Positions 38,226 through 52,200 of a stretch of 64,000 bases of DNA are shown piece by piece. Numbering within the stretch: the stretch's first letter is position 1; the number at the start of each line of letters is the position of its first letter. The position numbers were made by a program, and so were the translations under genes. This DNA comes from Callorhinchus milii. Taxonomy: Eukaryota. The stretch lies in assembly GCF_018977255.1 (NCBI RefSeq), contig NW_024704743.1, forward strand, positions 97,714,001 through 97,778,000, in the 5' to 3' direction. The notes beneath the pieces were generated by a model. The model was not told the origin of the DNA and made no database searches. It worked only from the letters and a program-made list of their open reading frames with translations.

Positions 38226-41200
38226 TAAATGCTTTTCCTCTCTGCTCTTCCCTCCTCCCTTCATTGATACTACAAAATTTTGAAACATTTCGTGATTCCC
38301 TTCTGAGTTTCGAGCTGCCTTGACAGGCTGCCAGTGAGCTCTGCAAGTCTGCTCCAACTTAAAAGAAAAATTGGGTTAGATATTCTCAAAAAGGTCACAC
38401 TGGTTTCCATTAACGTCCTCAACTGAAACTTGCAATAGTCACACAACAAGCATCTCCAAGAACCTTATTGCATTACCAGTTCAGTTCTATTACTGTTACA
38501 GCTTCCAAGTTTGGAGTCGTTTTCAAGAGGAATAGCTCTGAAGTTATTTTCCATTTAAAAAAAATCAATGTAGACTGAACCATCTCGACATGTGAGATAA
38601 ATCGGAATTTGACTGGAGGCTGCAGAGCATTTAAAAAATTCAACCTGAGACTTCTAAAGCTTTCTTAGTTCAGTTTTAAGAGGAGCTAAAGAAGTTACAG
38701 CAGACATATTGGTTCAACATGTGTGGAAAAAAAAAGGAAATTGAATACTAAATACAGTGAATCGATATGCACATTAAGGTGAACCCAAAACTTTGAGGTT
38801 GTGAAAACAATGGAAATATCAGGTAATTTCCCAACTTATAGTACGGAAAAATACACAGCCCAAATTACAGGATTCAGTAATTGGAGTCCATAAAAATCCT
38901 AACTGGTCAATGTATCCTAATTCATTGCACATGTGCAAAGAAAGACAAAACACTCCCAGGTTCCAGCCAAAATGGCTTACATCTGGGGCATCAGGCTGCG
39001 TGGCATCCACTTGCTGCTGAAGCACCAATGGAGCCAATTTGAGTATTTTAGATCTTTTGGTTTAGTAAATGTCAGGGTGCATACCCCAATAATAATATTC
39101 CTTGCATTTGATAGAGCGCCTTATCACATTGTTGCGACAACTCAAATACATTGTACAATGGTTATAATCAATCCCAAGGAAACTGATCAGAGGATCAACA
39201 ACAATAACTTGCATTTATATAGCTCCTCTCACGCAGTGTCCCAGAGCTCTTAATATTGTGCTACTGCCAGACTCATCTTGACACTTGAGCACTGCCCTCA
39301 CCATTTTGAACAGTGGGACAAGGTGGTGGGTAATATGGCTCTGTATGCGAGCAGACCTTGTAGGCATTGACTCGAAAATAAAGAGGCATCTGTCCCAATT
39401 GTATCAGTATCTGAAAGCTATGGTTGACACCAACTTTTTGTTGGGCATGGCTCTTCGGGACTGTATGAAGGGGCCAAGGGCCTTCTGGTCATACTTGTCT
39501 GTCAACAACAACAAAGCCCCTTAAGCTTGTGGCATACGATACACCTGTGCAAACAGCTCCATCATGTCTCCAAACTCCTCAATATGCAGAAGAATCGCCT
39601 TTGTCCATTCAATCCAGGGAGAGAATGCACAATCTATTCCAGACACAGGGCAATTTATAGGTGACATGCATATGTTGAACTCTGCCTGGTTTGGATTTTC
39701 TTAAATTCCAGTAAATTCTGTTCCATTACTTAATTCTCTCACTTTTACAAAGCTAATGGAAAAATAAAACAGGCGAGGTTTTGTATGCCGCTAGGAAATA
39801 AGCAAAAAAAAAGCTTGTTTTAATCAATTAGAAAACAGTTAATACCAGCAGCTGCTTGGACCTCTGATGTGGAAATAAGCTCCAGTGTACCCTCATTCAT
39901 TTCAATGTTAAAGTGCTTCATTTGCCGACAACTGTAATAAACAGTGTGAAGCTTGAGCCATTCGGAAAAATGCAGAATGATAACAAGAATTGCAGAAAAA
40001 TAACAGCATGCTAATGCTAGAAGAGCTCTGGTCTGTCAGCTCAATAATGAATGCACTTTCAATCTGCTATTTGTATACAAAAAGCTAACCTATTCAATTC
40101 CTGATTCTTTCCCTGATTCAGTTCATTCAGTAAATGAATATCATGAATTACTGACATGTCTTGTGTTTAGAATACAGACTGTTCTTTTCTAAATTAAAAA
40201 TACTAATTTATATTATGTTGTACATTGCAAGAAGTTTTTCAGTGCTGTAGTTACAAACCTCACTTCAATTACAATATATTCCAATGAACATTTTCAATAC
40301 TGAAAGTAAAATTAGGTATATACAACAGAGCATTGTTGGAACAACATTCAGAGAATAGGAAGGCAATGAATCTGAAAAAGCTTCTTAAAGGCAATTGAAA
40401 CGCTAATTCTGGTCACTTAAAATCTATGCTGTTGCAGTGCTACTGAAATGTAATGCCTACAAGTACACAGTCACTAACTACTCTTTATAGAATATACTGT
40501 GAAGTGTTTTGAGACCTTTCAACGTGATAAGGCCCTAAATCAAATGCTTTGATATTTAATGCTTTCACTGGGTTTTGTGATTTAATGCCCCAAACCTTGG
40601 GATCCCAGACCTTACCTCGTCCAGGACAGCTAAGGTCGATCTCTGCACCAACGGAGCAGGGAACTTGTGTAGATGTCCTGGACGAGTTAAAATCCCACCC
40701 GACAATTCATCTGCACGGCAACATATGGCTCGTTTCCAGTGAAATGGAAAAGCCCACCATCCCCTTCCGCCTTTATATAATTCTGAAATCCCAGGATTCC
40801 ATGTGGAAATGATACTCCTGAAATCCCAGGAATGCAATCCTTCGTTCAGAGTAATGAGTTATCCTCATTACTGATAACTAATGTCTTTACAATGCCTCTC
40901 CTAATAATTTTATTTGTACTTGGAATTGCAAAGGAATGGCTTTCTGGAATTGCAAACTATTCAACCGTTCAAACCTAGAGACACTGAAAGACAAACACAA
41001 GTCCTTAGACTTTGGACAAAAGGGCAGGTTACAGATGGGCCGATGGTTAGCTAGTTTAGAAGGGTCAAAAGTGGGAGTAAATTAAGAAAAACAAGAGAAA
41101 AACAGAAAAACAGCAGCGCAGATTCGATAGGACAAGAGGTTTGTTCATCCGTTGCAAATCTAAGATTCCATAAGGAAATTTCAATTGCAGCAGATTTTAT

Positions 41201-42486
41201 AACATTCTCAATGGAAGTTCAATCTGCCCATACAAAGTATGTTCTGTAAAAAACTGACAGCGCACTACAATAGCTTTATTACAAGTTCCAGTGGTGACTC
41301 ATTGGTTAAATTTAACAGAAATATTGATACTGCACTCAATGGATTTTGACCATATCATTGGTCATCATGCTCACAATTGTAGGAAGATTGCATTGTACGT
41401 AATCACGATCAAGTGTTTTCTGTGATCAGCAAGTTATTGAACACATAGTAGGTGGGAGCTGTGAACAACGGAATCGGGTTTATCTATGAGCAAAGAAGGA
41501 AATGTTTCATAGAAACAGAAATTTTCAGCACAGGAGGAGACACCAATTGATGTCAAAGATAAACTTTTGACATTATTAAGGCTCCAATGGTTTTGGTCAG
41601 TTTCAAAATAGTACTAAGCCCTGGCAAATGTTCTAAGATTGAACATGCAAACTTTCCAGAGGCTACCATCTGAATACTGCAATACCAAGCTACAGAATTT
41701 TATCCTCATAAAACCCTTAAATCCTAGTCACATTGAATGCTGTGAGAATTATATATAGAAATAAAAATGAATCAACTGCAGCAGGTTCCTTTCCTTCAAA
41801 TATTATAAAAATAATAATATATTATTATTGGAATTATCGTAGATAATAATAAAATATTGAGTTGTGGCAGGAAATGCGTAGTAACATTTTTAGTGTATTG
41901 ACTGAAGTCTACATGGTCTATTGCAAATTTGTCATTGTCGCTTTATATCCGAACACCTAATAGCTGATGAAGTTTCAGATTCTATATACCAAGTTTGTGG
42001 TATGTTTCTGATTTATTGGAATATATTAGGTCGATGCCCACTTGTTTAAAATTAGGTGTGGCTGAAATAGCCATGCATACATCTTCAACCACATCTTGCT
42101 CTGCTTCAAGGTTAACACTTTCAAACAATAATGTCAGGAATTGCCATCACTAAATGCCAAGACTTTTAGATTGTGGAGATTATTGGGTACACTTTCACAT
42201 AGATTTAGACATTCTTGATAACAGATGCAGATTTCTATTGGAAATTTTAACCTGATTCAACTATAATTTTAGCTTGGAACCTCTATTCCTTCAGATTCAT
42301 CTAACTGGAAAATCACTTCGTAAAATGTATCTTCGGAATACCACTCACTCACCCCTTTGATCTGATTTTGCAAAGGTGGATCGTAACTCTTATGTGAATA
42401 TATTGCTAGATAACAACAACTTGCATTTATACGGAGTTCCTCACCTGTAGCTAGCTGTATGACCAGTACATGCAAAGTGTTACAAC

Positions 42487-42793
42487 AATAATAATCCTTG
42501 CATTTTGATATAGCGCGTTTCACGTCTTCTAGACGTCCCAAAGCGCTTCACAGAATATACTGTAAAGTGAATTGACTGTATATTTGTGGGCGAGCGTGGC
42601 AGCCAATTGCGCACAGCAATGTCCCACAAACAGTTGTAGATTGAAAATGACCATTTTATTATTGTTTTTTGTTTTTGGAGGGATTATTATTAGGCGTGTG
42701 GAGTAAGGAAACTTGCCCAAGGTTTCGCTCTGCCTGGAATTAAACTCAAGTCTCTCGCAAAGCAAGTGCTCTAACCACTGAGCTACAGGACTC
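42487..42793 (-). mobile_element. Full-length short-family tRNA-SINE
   Basis: gagtcctgtagctcagtggttagagcac head with A and B boxes, Deu core and L2-like tail. Confidence 0.92.
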
Positions 42794-43447
42794 TGTACAG
42801 GAACAATACTACCCTGTGGACAATGAATTTTAGTAAAAATAGATTTTTGTCTGTCCATCAAGGAATTCAAACATCAATTTGGCAGCATCTGGCTGGCTTT
42901 ATAAGATAATCATGGAAAAACACTGCAAAGAGCAGCATTATAGATAAATGAGCAAACACCAACCCAGTGTAAAACATATTTTGCATCACTGGACCGAGAG
43001 CATTGATAATATTTTGTTCATGGATATCCAGAAAATTCAACACCAAAAGACGATGCAAGTTAATTTGTGAAGAGCAGACATAAACCCATGGCTGTGAAAT
43101 GAATATCCATTTATAGAATAGGTTTCCTACGATACAATGCAAGCCCAGTCAACTGAATGAATCATGACGGTAATACAAATACCAGAGCTTGAAAGGATGC
43201 CATACAAAGAGTAGAATTTTTATTGCCATTGGTTGAACTGAAAAGTATTGTCAAAAACAGATATACATGCTTTACTTTGTACATATGGTATTCCTACTGC
43301 AATGTACATACATATGAGTTTTAAAGGCATTACAAAATGTACTTTCCAGTTAGGACATATATTTCCAGTTTTACTTCTAATTTTTCTTCCTCATCACTTT
43401 TTCAATAACTTCTATCTGAGGAGTTACAGTGTACAACTGAAGATATA

Positions 43448-44727
43448 AACAACAACAAGATTATATTTGTATAGTGCCTTTCAAGTCGGGAGGACATCTC
43501 AAGGCACTGGACAGTATACAGCATTTCAGACCCGAGCTGGGGTCGGGGGGGAAGGGAGGGGAGGGGAAGTGGGGGTGACCGATGGCATGGTCGAAGAGGA
43601 CGATCTTGAGGTGTGACTTGAAGGAGGCTAAGGAGGGGGGGCGAGGCGGAGTGACTGGGGGATGGAATTCCAGAGGTTGAGGGCAGAGTGGCTGAAGGCT
43701 CTCCCGCCAATGGTGGGGCGGGTGGGTCGGGGGACGTGGAGCAGGCCAGAGCCGGCTGAGCAGAGAAAACGGGCGGGTTGGTAGGGGGTTAGGAGGTCGC
43801 AGAGGTAGGGTGGGGCGAAGCCATGGAGGGCTTCGTATGTGAGGATCAGGATCTTGAACTGGATCCTCTGAAGGATAGGGAGCCAGTGGAGTCGGGCGAG
43901 AATGGGGGAGATGGGGTCATGGAGTTTGGTGCGGGAGAGGACACGGGCTGCAGAGTTCTGGATTATCTGCAGTCTGTGGAGAGAGTAGTTGGGAAGGCCG
44001 ACAAGCAGGGCGTTTGCATAGTGGAGCCTGGAGGTGATGAAGCCATGAACAAGAGTTTCAGCGGCCTGAGGGGTGAGGTAGTGGCGGAGTCGGGCGATGT
44101 TACAGAGGTGAGGGAAGGCAGAGCGGTTTATGGCTTGAATGTGGGGGAGAAAAGACAGTTGAGGGTTGAACAAGACACCTGGGTTCCTGACTGACTTGGT
44201 GAGTTGTAGTGTGCAACCATGGAGGTTGATGTTGCCACAGCCTGAGGTGCTGAGGCAGTGGCGCGAGCCAATCAGGAGGGCCTCAGTCTTGTTCACATTC
44301 AACTGTAGGAAATTTGCCCTCATCCAGGACTTGATGTCCGACAGGCAGTCTGTCAGGACAGCAGTGGTCCTGGAGTTGAGGGTGGAGGCAGAAAGATAGA
44401 GTTGGGTGTCATCCGCATACATATGGAAGTTGACCCCATGTCTGCGGATGATGTCACCAAGGGGGAGCACATAGATATTAAAGAGAGGGCCAAGGACAGA
44501 GCCCTGGGGGACACCAGACGTGACAGTGTGGGGGCTGGAGGAGAAACCGTTAGAGGCAACGAAGTGGAGACGGTGAGAGAGATAGGAATCGAACCAGGCA
44601 AGGGCAGGTCCGTGAAGATTGAGTAAAGCGGAGAGGCGGTGTATGAGGATGGAGTGGTCGACGGTGTCGAAGGCGGCAGGGAGGTTGAGGAGGACAAAGA
44701 GGCAGAGGGAGCCTTGATCACGGATGT
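43448..44727 (-). mobile_element. L2 LINE, 5'-truncated, with an uninterrupted C-terminal RT reading frame
   Basis: ORF 43628..44758 contains [32 protein letters not shown] and GGRAFS. Has an (AAC)n tail on plus and closely matches the 140-1612 copy. Confidence 0.96.
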
Positions 44728-47700
44728 TCGGATAATAAACCCCCAAATAAACCCCCAAACTATATCAGAAAAATAAAGCATCACTTGCTCCATATTCAGA
44801 GTAAAGCAAGTCATTCCAGCAGCCTAGGTAATTTGAAAATCAAGTGCACTATAATTTTCCCACACAGTCCCAGCTATTTGCTCTGGACAGTTTGCATGCA
44901 ATGCAATGCAAAATAATGTACTGAAGTCTGCAGTACAGCTTGAACAAGAATACACAATCATTCTAAGCCAAAATGTAAGTTGTTTTAAGTGTACAACTGT
45001 TAGATATATTGGTTACTTAGTTATGTAGATTGATTCAGGAAACTTAAAACATGTTATGTATTTTAATAAGTAAAATGTTTTGCATTGAATATGATACAAC
45101 AATTCATTGGTTCACAAAACATAATACAAATCAGAAAATTCAAAAACCTACCTAACAGGAGCGAGTCCATTCTCACAGTGGATTATGTACCAATACACAT
45201 CTGCTAGATCATGCTGGCAGGTTCACCTCATGTGGGGAATTGGGAGGAGAAAAAAGGAGGAAAAGAGAAGAGAGAGAAAAGATAGCAGAGAGAAATAATC
45301 AGGCAAGTATCCCAGATGCTCTTTATCACTGTCCTGCAGAGAGGTTGTCTCCTTTTGAGGGGATCTATTCGCAATATAGAATTACTTAAAATAAAACATT
45401 GTTTTAAACCATCTAATACAATGCCCCATTTCTTGTGACAGGACCAAATGATACAGGGAGCTTGGGTACATGGTGGAAACACACAATTGTTTCATAACCA
45501 AAGCTTTTAATTCTTAATTTTAATCAACATTTTACTTGGATTACAGCAGGAGAAAATCATTGCTGGTGGGGGTTTATTCAGGGCTATGAATATCAAGCAG
45601 ATGCATTCAACAGCAAGACCTTATGCAATCAGAATTCTTGCACAGGATCAATTCTGAACCTTATCTGCATCAAATTTCCATATCGTCTTTAGGTATTAGG
45701 CATTTCCGAATAGCTTACAAAGGAAAATCAGGTTACTCAATCTGCCAATCATCTTTCGTTACGCACCATATGTAGAGTTAACTCTTTAGAGGTTACAGCA
45801 ATTGAGATGAGTGTTTTGGGGGGAAGAGAGCACACAATAAAATATACTTTAAATTCATTCTACTTCTACACTCTACCAAAAGTGAATGAAAAAAGTAGTG
45901 GATGAAAACCAAAATGTAACCATTATTAAATTATTAAACTATTTAGGACAGTTAATTCCCAACTTTTTAAAAAAAACACATGGGAGAGTTAATATTTAGG
46001 CGTTTGTAATGACAAGTTAACCTCAGCATTTGAAAACAAATCATCATTCCTTCCACTTGCCACCACTCCTTGGGATTCAAGTTGCAACTATGATGTAAAT
46101 CAAAACACCTACTGGGAATTACAGTACATTTGCAGAGCAAGCAATGGAAATCCACAGCCAAAAAGGCCAAACCTGCGCATATGTAAGGTGGGAGGCATTA
46201 AAAATCAGACATGCTTACGGCTTCAATAATGTACATAAAGTTTGTAGTAATTAGCACATCTGCAAGTCAAAGCATAATTACATTTTCTTCATACATAGCC
46301 ATATGAAGTATGAGGCTCACAAATTAAAAGACTTGATTTTTTAATGAACTTTGAAAGAGTTCGTGGATTTGGCATGCAATTTTAAAATGCCATCGAGTAA
46401 AATGCTCAGAATAATAAGTACAGATTCCAAAAAACTGAGAAGCAATTTGTTCTTAGGAATCATCTTTAAATATTAAACACATGCCTAGTAGATAAGGTCA
46501 CCCCCCGGCATAATACTATGCAGATAAACCAAAAGATTTTGCTAATCACATCCCTGTTATAACGGCCTTTGATATAGTGCTGCCTTGCTTACGGGAGCAT
46601 TACTGTAGACAAGCGCAAACCAGGAGCTCTTTACAAATGGTTTCTGGCACAAAAAAAGGTTGACTTTCAAGTCGTCAGGTCCCAAGATTGTCTGAGATCA
46701 CTTACATGTGCACTGTATATGTGCAGAAATCACCACTCACGATATTTCCTGTATTATGCGCAAGAACACATTGCTGGCTTCACTTACAAAATATCAGCAT
46801 ATAGCAAATGACACAATCAGCAACCTGAAAGTTGCCTTTTTTGTGCCTCATTTATATCAGGGGCCGAGGATATTCAACCTAGCCGACCCTGGTATAATTC
46901 ACAAGAAGCTTTTCCAGTAGTTCAAACCAGCCATCAATTTGGCACAAAAACAAACAGGTTTTTTAAATAAAGTATTAACTTATGTTATTAATGCAACATC
47001 CAGGAATAGATTTCACAAACAATGACAGAAGTACAGACTTTCTAAATTTGTCACCAACTAGAAATCATATTGATTTCAGAGATCAGTCATTAATCTGGGG
47101 CACCTCAGTGAAAAGATCATCTTCAGCTCCATCACATTATTAATCTAATACCTCAATAACTAATCTTCCAGAGTAAGAATTCAGAAGGTATGCACATTAA
47201 TCTACTGAACTGACTATAGATGGCACCAACTTCTATGCAAGGAAAGAAACCTGATTTTCAAAACATCTCAAAGCTCTTTATAGTAATTACTATCAAATGT
47301 AGTGACTTATTGCAGGCAAACATCTCCAGTCGTCATTTTGATCACAGGAAGGTCCCTCAAGGTAAATTAACAATTAATCGGGGGGATTTTTGGCCAGGGC
47401 AATTGATGAGAAGGTCATTGTTGTGCATCAATTCCTATCTTTCTCTTTTCAATCGGCATCATAGAATTGTTATCATCCAGGCATAGATGTCTCAGTTTTA
47501 ATGTTACAGCAAAAATGTAATGCTTCTTCAGTGTCGCTCTTCCGTGGACCATGAGCTGAAATTAAAATGTGGGGGTTAAAACCCCCAATCTCCTGCCTGG
47601 CGGATTGCTATAAACTGAGCCAAGCTGAGACCCATTTAATTGTTCACATTCCATGCTCCCAATTTTTTCTAAATGAGGTAAAAGAGAAGGGACAGCATGA

Positions 47701-48684
47701 AAAAANCACAATATGATATAATTACTAGGTTGATATGCCAAAAGGCATTATGTCAGAGTGCAGAGAATTTATATTGGGAGTAGTTAGCACGAATGGCGAA
47801 GCAAGCAAGAGCAAAGATTTGATGGGCCTCCTTCTATTTTGTGCTTTAGCTTGGCTCAGTAAAAATGACATTCTCACCTTGGTCAGAAAGTTGTGGGGTC
47901 TTTTGGGTGGATGTTCAAGAATGCACACCAATATTTAACAATAGAAGGACATTTCTCCCAGCCAATGGTTTACCCTCCAGATTAATTGCTCATTCACCGA
48001 ATGGCTCGAAAGTGGTTTCTTGTAAACCGCTTTGATACATTTCAACACACTAAGACACTACAAAAATGCTCTACCAGCACAACCTCCACCATCCATCCAG
48101 CACCCAGGGAGTGCACACTGCATGCAAAAGCTTTGAACTGTGCAACTGGTCTCTACACAAACATTGCACTCTGGATGTGAAAACTCTTTTCTGTGTAGTA
48201 ATTATTTTTTGCATTTTGATAACTGAAATGGAAATGTAACCCATAAAATGGAGCAGTTGAAACATATAGTAATTAAGTATTTCCTCCAGAAATTTGCTAA
48301 AAAGGCTGTTTGACATAACAGTGATTTAAGTCTCAAAGGTTACTGTACTTTCAAACCAGCAATGAGACAGAAAATAGAAATGGAGAAATCTTCAACACAT
48401 TTACATTTTTATTCATTTGTAGCCACATCAGCCATGTCATTCTCAATGTATCCTCCTGGAAACTGCAGAACTGTATTTAAATTTGGCAAACTATGCTCTA
48501 TCACAAGCCTAAGCAATGACCCAGGAGATATACAATCAACAACTATAACAACAACTTGCACTTATATAGCACTCTCCATGCAGGCTAGCGTCTCAGAGAG
48601 CTTGAAAATTCCTCAAGTCAGAATATTATTACATTCGTGCAAAAAAAACAAAATGGATCTGTAAAAAAAAAATTACCATAACGT

Positions 48685-48935
48685 TAAGTAGAGGATCTAA
48701 AAGAGAATTTAGGAGGAACTACTTCAAGCAAATTGTAGTGAGATTGTGGACACACTGCCTGAAGCAGTGGTTGAATCAGATAGCATAGGTACATTAAAGA
48801 GGAGGTAGACCTTACGTGAGGGTGAGGGGAATAGAAGAGTATGGGAGAGGGTAAGGAGTGGTTAAAATATTTGTGTGAAGTATAAACACCGGCACGGACT
48901 GGTTGGGCTGAGTGGCCTATTTCCATGCTGTACAT
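48685..48935 (+). mobile_element. CR1 3' end fragment
   Basis: Degenerate RNYFxQRVVxxWxxLPEAVV frame and 3' UTR ggactggttgggctgagtggcctatttccatgctgta. Confidence 0.7.
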
Positions 48936-48943
48936 ATTAAACT

Positions 48944-49245
48944 GAAGTCCCTACTGCCATTTAGAGCACTTGCCTCGCAAGCGAGAGACCTAGGTTCAAT
49001 TCCCGGCAGGGCAAAACCTTGGACAAGTTTCCTTACTCCACACACCTGATAATAATTCCTCAAGAAAAAAAATAATAATTTGGTCACTAAATCCCCGAAT
49101 GTTTGTGGGACACTGCTGTGCGCAATTGGCTGCCGCATTTCGCCCCCAAAATATACAGTCAATTCACTTTACAGTAGATTCTGTGAAATGCTTTGAGACA
49201 TCTAGAAGACATGAAAAATGCTAAATCAAATGCAAGGATTATTAT
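48944..49245 (+). mobile_element. Short-family tRNA-SINE
   Basis: ttagagcacttgcctcgcaagcgagagacctaggttcaattcccggc head, core and tail. Confidence 0.88.
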
Positions 49246-49993
49246 ATCTTAAATATCCCATGATAGTGCTCAATAAAGACAAGGGACTGTCGCCCAATAT
49301 CCTGGCCAACAAACCCCCAGATTAATTTGCCACTGACTTCATAGCTATTTTTTAAGCCATCACTGTGTGCAAATGCCTGTTGTATTTTCCTACAAAAACA
49401 GTCACTAATTTGATAGTTATTACATGTGATGCACTTTGATATACTGACATGGTAAGCGACTTTGAAAATTCAAGCTCTTTCCTTCATCTACTTTGGGAGC
49501 CACCAGGGAGCACACTGTTAACTAATCCAGACCTTGAGAATAAGAAGTCAATTTCCAGTTAGACAAAAAATATTAAGTCAGAATGAACAAATTCTAGTAA
49601 TTTCATGTTATCAGTGCTGTAATTCCTGTAAGTGAGCAGGTACATTCAGAAAACAGCAATTTCATGCTAGTTGAGAACCCACCCTCAAGCAGTCCTCAAG
49701 TCAAATGCAAGCTGAGACACGCTATTCAGTTCTTGGACACTTACTTTACCTAATCAAAACTCATAGTAAATCTAATGGAAAAATATAAAGCTCAATTAAA
49801 AATTAAACAATCCATGATTAAGAAGTGCTGAGAAGACGGGATAAGGATATAAACAGACCAGTTAATTGACTTTAACTGTGAGCTCAAACTTATAGTGGTT
49901 AAAAAAAATTAAAATGCTTTAAGAAGAAAATGTATTGAATATTGCAGGATAGACTTCTAACTGAAAGTAATTAGCTGCTGTGTGAATAGAAGT

Positions 49994-50316
49994 GGAGTCC
50001 TGTAGCTCAGTGGTTAGAGCACTCGCTTTGCAAGCGAGAGACCTGAGTTCAATTCCAGGCAGAGGGCGAAACCTTGGGCAAGTTTCCTTACTCCACACGC
50101 CTAATTATAACCCCTCCAAAAAACAAAAACAATAATAAATTGGCCATTTTCAATCCACGACTGTTTGTGGGACGCTGCTGTGCGCAATTGGCTGCCGCGG
50201 TCGCCCACAAATATACAGTCAATTCACTTTACAGTCTATTCTGTGAAGCGCTTTGGGACGTCCTCCTGACGTGAAAAGCGCTATATCAAATGCAAGGATT
50301 ATTATTATTATTATTA
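49994..50316 (+). mobile_element. Full-length short-family SINE with a tRNA-Ala(TGC)-like head (best preserved copy)
   Basis: A box TAGCTCAGTGG, anticodon arm CTCGC-TTTGCAA-GCGAG, B box GAGTTCAATTCC, Deu core, L2 stem-loop tail and (ATT)n. Confidence 0.93.
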
Positions 50317-51887
50317 GAAACCATTACAAAACATTTGGATAAATATGTGCTTAGGAATGGGATTAATGGTTACAAAGAAAAGTACAAAATGATCAAAGAC
50401 TGCATGGTATGCAAAGGCTCCTAAGATGCTCAGACCTTGGTAATGTTAATTCATGTAAAGCAGCGGATTGTGGATGTGAAATGTTGTATACGGGCACATA
50501 ATGTTTGGGTGATTGGTGGAATTACTTTATATTTCAACGAGAAATCTATTTCCCCAACAGTGTTAGACGGTCCACACAGTTGTTTTTTTTTTCTTGTAGC
50601 CACAATATAACAATATATTTATACAAATTATATTTGTAGCTATAACCTTTTTTTAAAAAAGGTTTTCTGTGCAAAACCAGATGAGGGATCTCAGTGCAAA
50701 TAAACCCTGGGTAACCTAAACCAGTACTAAACACTCCCAGTACAGGCACAGGAATGGCAAATTCAGAGCAAAGCTCCTTGTATTCTGCATCACAATGAGG
50801 CTTAATCTGTTTGGCTCGGTTGGTAGCACTATATTGGAATTTATGCTCAGAATGTAGGTTGGCACTCCGGTGCAGTGCTGACAGAACGGGGATGTGACAA
50901 TCCCTATGCCAATTCAAAAAGAATTTTCTCCTGATGTCCTAGTCAGAAATCTTCAAGATTTCTGGTTTTGGGTTATAAACCTGGTTTTACTGTTGATCCC
51001 TTTCACTGCACAAGTGTGAACCGGTTTGGCGATTGTGCCGACATGGCCAACTTCAGATTATTAGGTTGGCACCAGCATCACGTCTACTTTGGACATGAAA
51101 CAGGAAGTAAGAGCGAAAGACCTGAAGACCTGGATTCAACCTTTTAGTACAGGAACCAGCCAGTGTGCAGGGAACACGCCAGGTGACATGCACAGTGAAA
51201 CATGCAATCGCACCTGACTAGAATAATAGTCCTTGCATTTGACATATAGCTTTATCACGTTGAGATCTTGCTGGTTCGAATTTTGTGTATCCCAACAATC
51301 GTGTTCCAACAGAACTGCACTATCCACAGCAACAGAGCCAGATCCCATATTGATCACCACTAAGATAAACAATTAGAGCCATCCAATTATGTCTGGGAAT
51401 CTCAAAAGTGGATGGAATAATAAACGGTATTCATGCTCGTAATTGCACTGTTGGGTCTTCTATTAAATACATTCATGTTCTCTTAGCGTCTTACTTGAAA
51501 GTTGGTGACAATACAAAAAACACACGGGTTAAAGAAATTATTTTAGTGTTTCTGTAGCGTACTTGCAGAAATAAAGCATTTCATTCATTTTCATTTGTGG
51601 TGATAAGAGGATTAATCTAAACAATCTCTAAAGCCTTGCATTCCACAAATTCCTCAACTTCTGGCACATGGTGCACAGAAATACTTGCTTAGATTTGGAA
51701 GGTCAGTTGTCAAAGCAGATGCAACAAACCATGATCCTTCCCAGCTCTTCATTACCCGCTGTCAATTTCTATTTTCATTTGTAAACGTTTTTATCCTCAC
51801 ACACAGCCGTATCTGATTAGTCCAAAACAAGCAATGGAGCCAGAGAAATGATTTAATGGATAAACGATTTACATCAAATACAATGAA

Positions 51888-52200
51888 GAGTTCTGTAGTT
51901 CAGTGGTTAGAGCACTCGCCTTGCAAGTGAGAGACCTGGGTTCAATTCCCGGCAGGGAGAAACCTTAGGCAAGTTTCCTTACTCCACATGCCTGATAATA
52001 ATCCCTCAAGAAAAAAAAACACAATAATAAAATTGGTCACTTCAATCCATGACTGTTTATGGAACACTGCTGTGCACAATTGGCTGCCGCATTTTGCCCA
52101 CAAATATACAATCGATTCACTTTACAGTATATTCTGTGAAGCGACTGAGATGTCTAGAAGACATGAAAAGCACTATATCAAATGCAAGGATTATTATAAT
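51888..52200 (+). mobile_element. Full-length short-family tRNA-SINE
   Basis: Same head, core and tail organisation as the 49994 copy. Confidence 0.9.

Noticed and set aside
39290..39660. Slightly GC-richer, coding-looking stretch
   Set aside because: The frame I read has stops and no recognisable motif. It may be an ancient transposon relic but I cannot assign it.
43628..44758. 376-aa ORF as a host gene or a novel reverse transcriptase system
   Set aside because: It is a 5'-truncated L2 ORF2 with no endonuclease domain. Its first residues come from flanking DNA and it ends in the standard L2 tail.
47706..47706. Single N base
   Set aside because: An assembly ambiguity, not a biological feature.
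49994..50066. tRNA-Ala gene
   Set aside because: The acceptor and T stems are imperfect and it runs straight into the SINE body. The same head recurs in several SINE copies.
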